The notes beneath the pieces are model-generated. The model made no database searches. It was not told where the DNA came from and saw nothing but the letters and a program-made list of their open reading frames with translations. Shown here in pieces: positions 61,201-64,000 of a stretch of DNA of 64,000 bases; within the stretch, counting starts at the first letter, position 1; the number at the start of each line of letters is the position of its first letter. The translations under genes and the position numbers were made by a program. This DNA is from Macrostomum lignano (taxonomy: Eukaryota), in the NCBI GenBank assembly GCA_002269645.1, contig NIVC01000137.1, positions 558,001 through 622,000 on the forward strand, read 5' to 3'.

Positions 61201-62190
61201 CACCCTCTGTCTAATCCTCTCTCCACCCTCTGTCTACTCCCTCTACCCTCTGTCTACTCCCTCTCTTCACCCTCTGTCTACTCCCTCTCTTCACACTCTG
61301 TCTACTCCCTCTCTCTACCCTCTGTCTACTCCTCTCTCTCCACCCTCTGTCTACTCCCTCTCTTCACCCTCTGTCTACTCCCTCTCTTCACACTCTGTCT
61401 ACTCCCTCTCTCCACCCTCTGTCTACTCCCTCTCTTCACACTCTGTCTACTCCCTCTCTCCACCCTCTGTCTACTCCTCTCTCTCCACCCTCTGTCTACT
61501 CCTCTCTCTCACCCTCTGTCTACTCCTCTCTCTCCACCCTCTGTCTACTTTCCCTCTCTCCACCCTCTGTCTACTCCTCTCTTCACCCTCTGTCTACTCC
61601 CTCTCTCCACCCTCTGTCTACTCCCTCTCTTCACACTCTGTCTACTCCCTCTCTCCACCCTCTGTCTACTCCCTCTCTCCACCCTCTGTCTACTCCCTCT
61701 CTTCACACTCTGTCTACTCCCTCTCTCCACCCTCTGTCTACTCCTCTCTCTCCACCCTCTGTCTACTCCCTCTCTTCACACTCTGTCTACTCCCTCTCTC
61801 CACCCTCTGTCTACTCCTCTCTCTCCACCCTCTGTCTACTCCTCTCTCTCCACCCTCTGTCTACTCCCTCTCTCCACCCTCTGTCTACTTTCCCTCTCTC
61901 CACCCTCTGTCTACTTTCCCTCTCTCCACCCTCTGTCTACTCCCTCTCTCCACCCTCTGTCTACTCCCTCTCTTCACACTCTGTCTACTCCCTCTCTCCA
62001 CCCTCTGTCTACTCCTCTCTCTCCACCCTCTGTCTACTCCCTCTCTTCACACTCTGTCTACTCCCTCTCTCCACCCTCTGTCTACTCCTCTCTCTCCACC
62101 CTCTGTCTACTCCTCTCTCTACCCTCTGTCTACTCCTCTCTCTACCTCTGTCTACTCCTCTCTTCACACTCTGTCTACTCCCTCTCTCAA
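58294..62190. repeat. ~24-bp CT-rich minisatellite (CCCTCTGTCTACTCCCTCTCTCCA), ~3.9 kb
   Basis: Direct reading; source of the 1329-aa pseudo-ORF. Confidence 0.98.
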
Positions 62191-62636
62191 CCTACTGTCT
62201 GCTTTCTCTCAATCAGTTTATGTGTCTTCTTTCTCCTATCTTCTAGCTGTTTTTTTGACCTCAGTAAAAAATGAATGCTTCTTATTCATGTCTTGATATC
62301 TCCATTTCATATGTGACCTTTAAAGCCGATTGCTTTTAAAAAAGATACAAAATCAAGGAGTTTTGCCGGCGCTCATTTGTCTTTGATCTGTGATAAAAAA
62401 TTTTTGACCCTCAAAGCTTCGGTCAGAAGGATTCAAAATTCAATGCGGTTCAGATCTTTCAAGTCGAGCCAAAGTCAACAGCTGACGCGTTCGGATGCAG
62501 TTGCTTGGCTAGGAAAAACTTTAATCAAGACTTTGGCAATAAGTAAGTTTAAACAATTAAAGCATTGATATTTTGGGGTCAAAGGTTACATAAATTATAT
62601 TTAGTTTGAGATAAAAAGGTTGGTGATAGACACATC

Positions 62637-63191
<555 letters not shown>

Positions 63192-64000
63192 GGCATTCCA
63201 GAAGCATGTATCGATTGCATCACACGTGGCTGCTCTAATTCCAGCAATCGATTGTAATGCCATTCGATCACGCAATCCCCCATGTCGAGTATCAATCGCT
63301 TCCTTTTGTGTCCCTGCGACTTCAAGCAATAACGTGGGGTGTTTTTTGCGTCGCCTTCCCCGCCATCCTGCAAATCTGTCCGAGGGAAAAATATCCCCTG
63401 CGGAATCCCAGAGCCCGCTAACAGTCTCGCTGGATTCTTTGTTCCTGCTATCAAGTCAGGCTTGCCAAATCCCCCACAGGACAAGTCGTGCGCTGCATGC
63501 TTTCACGCGCCGCTAGGAGTATAGTCTCAAAAAACCTACACCATTATTATCTAAAGACTAGGATTAAAATCCTACGCTTAAAGAAACCACGTTTATAGAG
63601 AGGATTTAAATAATAACAATAATGGTGGGGCTCAAGAGAGGATTAGCGAGTACGGAGAATTCTGACGGATGCAGGTCACTCTGGCATCGAGGCTTGCTTG
63701 ACTCATCAGGAGGAGACAGATTTAAATTTCAACGCAAAAAAAATTAGCTCGTATTTAATCCCGCAGATCCTGTCCACTCCACAGAGAATTTAAGCAGCTG
63801 AAATCTCTCCGGCCGCATCAATTATGCAACCATCTATCCCGAGCAAGGTTTCCCTCTCTATTTAGTCAGGTGAAATCGGTGCCTTCTATCTGGCAGCTGT
63901 GTACAATAATTCTACCCTAGTATAAAAAATGCTAAATTCCCTATTTCTCATTAAGTTGGCGGCTGACTGGAACATCAAGCTAAAGCCAGCATGGGAATAT

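Noticed and set aside
58285-62274. 1329-aa S/L/P-rich ORF
   Set aside because: CT-rich minisatellite with no stops on that strand.

Overview
Eukaryotic (animal) genomic DNA, roughly half tandem repeat. The very heavy micro/minisatellite load with GC-rich exons in AT-rich spacers resembles the flatworm Macrostomum; this is an inference, not a lookup. Four host genes are supported: an intronless glutaminyl cyclase (QPCT-like, 3394-4368), a two-exon secreted PAN/apple-like + fibrinogen-C protein (9191-10214), a spliced rhodopsin-class peptide-type GPCR (17187-19386, first exon not found) and the giant first exon of a 7-repeat delta-type protocadherin (50388-53201). The centrepiece is a full-length ~5.9 kb non-LTR retrotransposon (ORF1; APE-RT-RNaseH-CCHC; LOA/R1-like) inserted into a 44-bp satellite built from 11 degenerate GTCT tetramers. 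Its 5' end folds by hand into a complete HDV-like self-cleaving ribozyme whose predicted cleavage site (G33800) falls at the satellite/element junction. Also present are three copies of a tRNA-headed CORE-type SINE (one split by a TIR MITE), hAT-like MITEs and Helitron-like elements carrying related minisatellites, a probable LTR+PBS, and about 15 tandem arrays. Most long ORFs in the supplied track are repeat translations. All structures and alignments were done by eye.
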